A DNA stretch of 64,000 nt. Source: Selaginella moellendorffii. Taxonomy: Eukaryota > Plantae > Lycopodiophyta. Numbering within the stretch: position 1 is the stretch's first letter; every line of letters begins with the position of its first letter. The stretch covers positions 1,398,834 to 1,462,833 of the forward strand of contig NW_003314305.1 in the NCBI RefSeq assembly GCF_000143415.4. Reading direction: 5' to 3'. Shown piece after piece: positions 61,542 to 64,000 of the stretch. Made by a program: the position numbers and the translations under genes. The notes under the pieces were generated by a model, which ran no database searches, was not told the origin of the DNA, and was given only the letters and a program-made list of their open reading frames with translations.

Positions 61542-63853
61542 TCACGACTTTTGCAATACAACGCACCAATTCGATTTGTCAAAGAAGTGATCAACGATTA
61601 CGGCACCATCGATCGATGAAACCAACCTGCAAAGCAGCCGTGAATGATCGAAAAAGAAAACCAAACCGAGAAGAAAGAGACTGACCTTTCGAGCTCGCCT
61701 CTGACGAAGACATGGTAGTATCGGTTGTAGACGACGGCGTTCTTCTTATCGTCCTTCCTCGCGAAGCCACTCACGACCGCCTCCGCGGAGCCGGCGATCT
61801 CCGCGCGATGGTAAGGCAAGTGCCACGGTACGAAGTACTCTTGCTGCTCTTCCAGATTTTCAGCGCTAACCATTCCAGCCTCTCCTTCGGCTTCGTCGAT
61901 CTTTGCTAGAGATGGCGACGACGTCGCTGGAAAGCTCTTGCTTTTACCACCCCCGTCCATGTCCCCGACCCATCCTTCCACGCATTTCTCATCCAGAGGA
62001 GTCCATTTCTTGACGAGTCCTTTGTCTTCCTGTTCTGCGGCCCACACTGTGACCAGCACCTTGCCTCCTGTGCTCACTATCCTCAGAAGCTCTACGATTG
62101 CTTTCCTCCGCCTCTTCTCGGTGCTAAGGTGGTGGAGCACGGCGATCGAGATGGCCGCGTCGAAGCAGCCTGTTCTAAACGGTAAGTTGACAGCATCCGC
62201 GACGAAAACTTCGTGGCCTCTTCGTGCGCAGATGGAGATGAGCTGCGGACTCACATCGCAGCCGATGAAGAAGCAGCTGTCGTTGAGGCCCAAGTACTTC
62301 CCGTTTCCACAGCCAGCGTCGATGACCATCGAGCTCGGGGGCAGCGAGTCGAGGAAAGCGGCAACTCTGGGCCACTTTGCAAACCTTGTGGAGCTGAAGT
62401 GTGGAGCAATGGCGTTGTAGACTTTGTGAACGAAAGTTTTCTCTATTTCCGGCGTTACGAGGTCATCTGGATCGGCTTCTTCTTGATCAACACTTTCAAC
62501 TATCTCTGGAGCTCCAGAGTCGGATTGAGAATGGCACTGAGAATCGCAATACTGCCGAAAGTTGCAACGACAGGGACCATGACGAACCTGCAAAGATGGT
62601 CGCAAGGAGAGTTACTTTGAAGAGACAAACCAAACCTTTCGGAATGTATAGGAGACTCTTCTCGACTCTCGCGGGACGCTCTGACCAGATACGAGATCAA
62701 ACTACACAGTCGACATGAAGCGTTGGCAAGGAAACGAAGAATACGAGATAACAGACCTTGTGATGCGGTATATAGTGGTGCCATCCATACCGTGACTCTC
62801 CGGATAGAATCAGCAATGATCTTTGCGGAAGGAACAACGCCTTTCTTTCAAACTCCGGCGACACACCTTCGCTCGCGTACTTCCTGAACTCCATGACACA
62901 AGGGCCAGCCAGAGAAAGAGAGATTATTGAGCCTTGGAACGCGGAGTGAGTGTCAATGTGCGGGGACAAGCCCACACCACGAGGATATTCATTAACCTAT
63001 GAAAGAAAGAAAGACTCGAAAGTTTTGAGACGACGACACAAAGTTGCAAGAGCAAAACGTACCGTAAGTTGGTCGAAAGGAAACGTCGCCTCGGACGTTT
63101 CCTGGAGCTCAGCAATCGAGGAAATCTTCTCGAGCAATGGCTGGAGAAAGTCTGGGAACTCCCCCAAAAACTTGGAGGTGTCCACATTTCTTGCCTGGAG
63201 AAACAATCCAGTTTTTAGAAGATCGCAAGAGATAAAAACGAAAGGAGTACGTTGTATAGAAACTCGTATCCATAATGCTGGACTCGACGCTTCGCAAGAG
63301 CTTGCCACGGCCTAGCATCGACCTCTTGAAGAAGTCTCTGGGAAAAAAAAAATTCCGATGAAAGATCTCTACAACTGGAGATCCAAGAAAGTTTTTGATT
63401 CTCACCTCTTCTTCCCGCGATGATATAAACTCCGTCAGCAAAGAGAGGCCTGGAATTCCCAGCTCCTGAGCCGAGGTGCTCACTGGTACCTCAACCAACT
63501 AGCGAAGAAAATCTTGTCAAAGACGAGTAACGAATTCCTCAATACTCGAGAAGAACAGAGAGTCTCAATTGGCATACCTTGATTCTCTCACGAGGAGCTG
63601 CGAATTCGATCACCAGCGCGCGCTCCCCGAGCGCTCCACAGCATTGCCGATTCCACGCATCCCTGGCCGCCGCCGCATCCGCCTCCCTCTCAAACGACAC
63701 GATGACCCTAGCCTTGCTCGAATCCGCGGCGCAAGCGTCCAGTACCGGCCCAAACTTGGAGAATGCCGCTTTCACGGATTCCAGAGCTATCCCCAAGCAA
63801 TTCGCAACATAGAGATGGCGCGTGGCTCCCACAGCTCGCGCAAAGCCCTCCAT
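61542..63853 (-). CDS. ALKBH8: Fused ALKBH8-TRM9 tRNA wobble-uridine modifier (RRM + AlkB dioxygenase + Zn finger + SAM methyltransferase)
   Basis: RRM; GLSPHIDTHSAF; ESRYGWHHYIP; CRCNFRQYCDSQ continuous in one exon with VHKVYNAIAPHFSSTRFAKWP, DAGCGNGKY and ...DKSNWCVVLQK. Confidence 0.9.
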
Positions 63854-64000
63854 CCCCAAGAACCCTAAACCCAGAGCGAGAAAGAATCAACGGCTTGCAA
63901 CCTGACACCTGAAAACATCGAATCTACACCGTCCGTCAGGGCAAAATTTAAAATCAGCCGTTGGATGCAAACGGGCATCCTAGGTGGCATCTTGTGAGCC

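Noticed and set aside
1-64000. rRNA/tRNA genes
   Set aside because: None recognised by eye; tRNAscan/Infernal not run

Overview
Gene-dense plant nuclear DNA with very short (~50-70 nt) GT/GC-AG introns. It is most consistent with a compact lycophyte genome such as Selaginella; this is an inference from gene structure, not a search result. 1-12.4 kb is a mosaic of local direct and inverted duplications. It holds one intact sphingosine kinase plus degenerate copies, four copies of a ~140-aa orphan gene, and a chimeric gene in which PPR-like repeats are fused to a proteasome-beta/HslV-like Ntn-hydrolase domain that keeps its G|T processing site. A copy of the neighbouring UBP promoter/5' exon lies upstream of that chimera. 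12.9-18.6 kb carries a UBP15/16-like gene with a SEC-C tail, YKT6 and an unknown gene. 18921-36293 is two different Helitrons joined precisely head-to-tail. One has a near-intact RepHel, an RPA-like gene and captured YacP-NYN and nucleotidylyltransferase exons. The other carries a UGT fragment bracketed by identical 108-bp direct repeats. 36.3-44 kb is pseudogene debris (FolD, SHPRH, YKT6) and an AT-rich island. 44-64 kb contains two tandem HKT/Trk transporters, a possible flagellar protein gene, two SWI1/DYAD/AM1 paralogues with PHS1/REC114, a fungal-type BBE-like FAD oxidase, a SWEET, and a fused ALKBH8-TRM9 gene. All homology calls come from motif recognition, without database searches.
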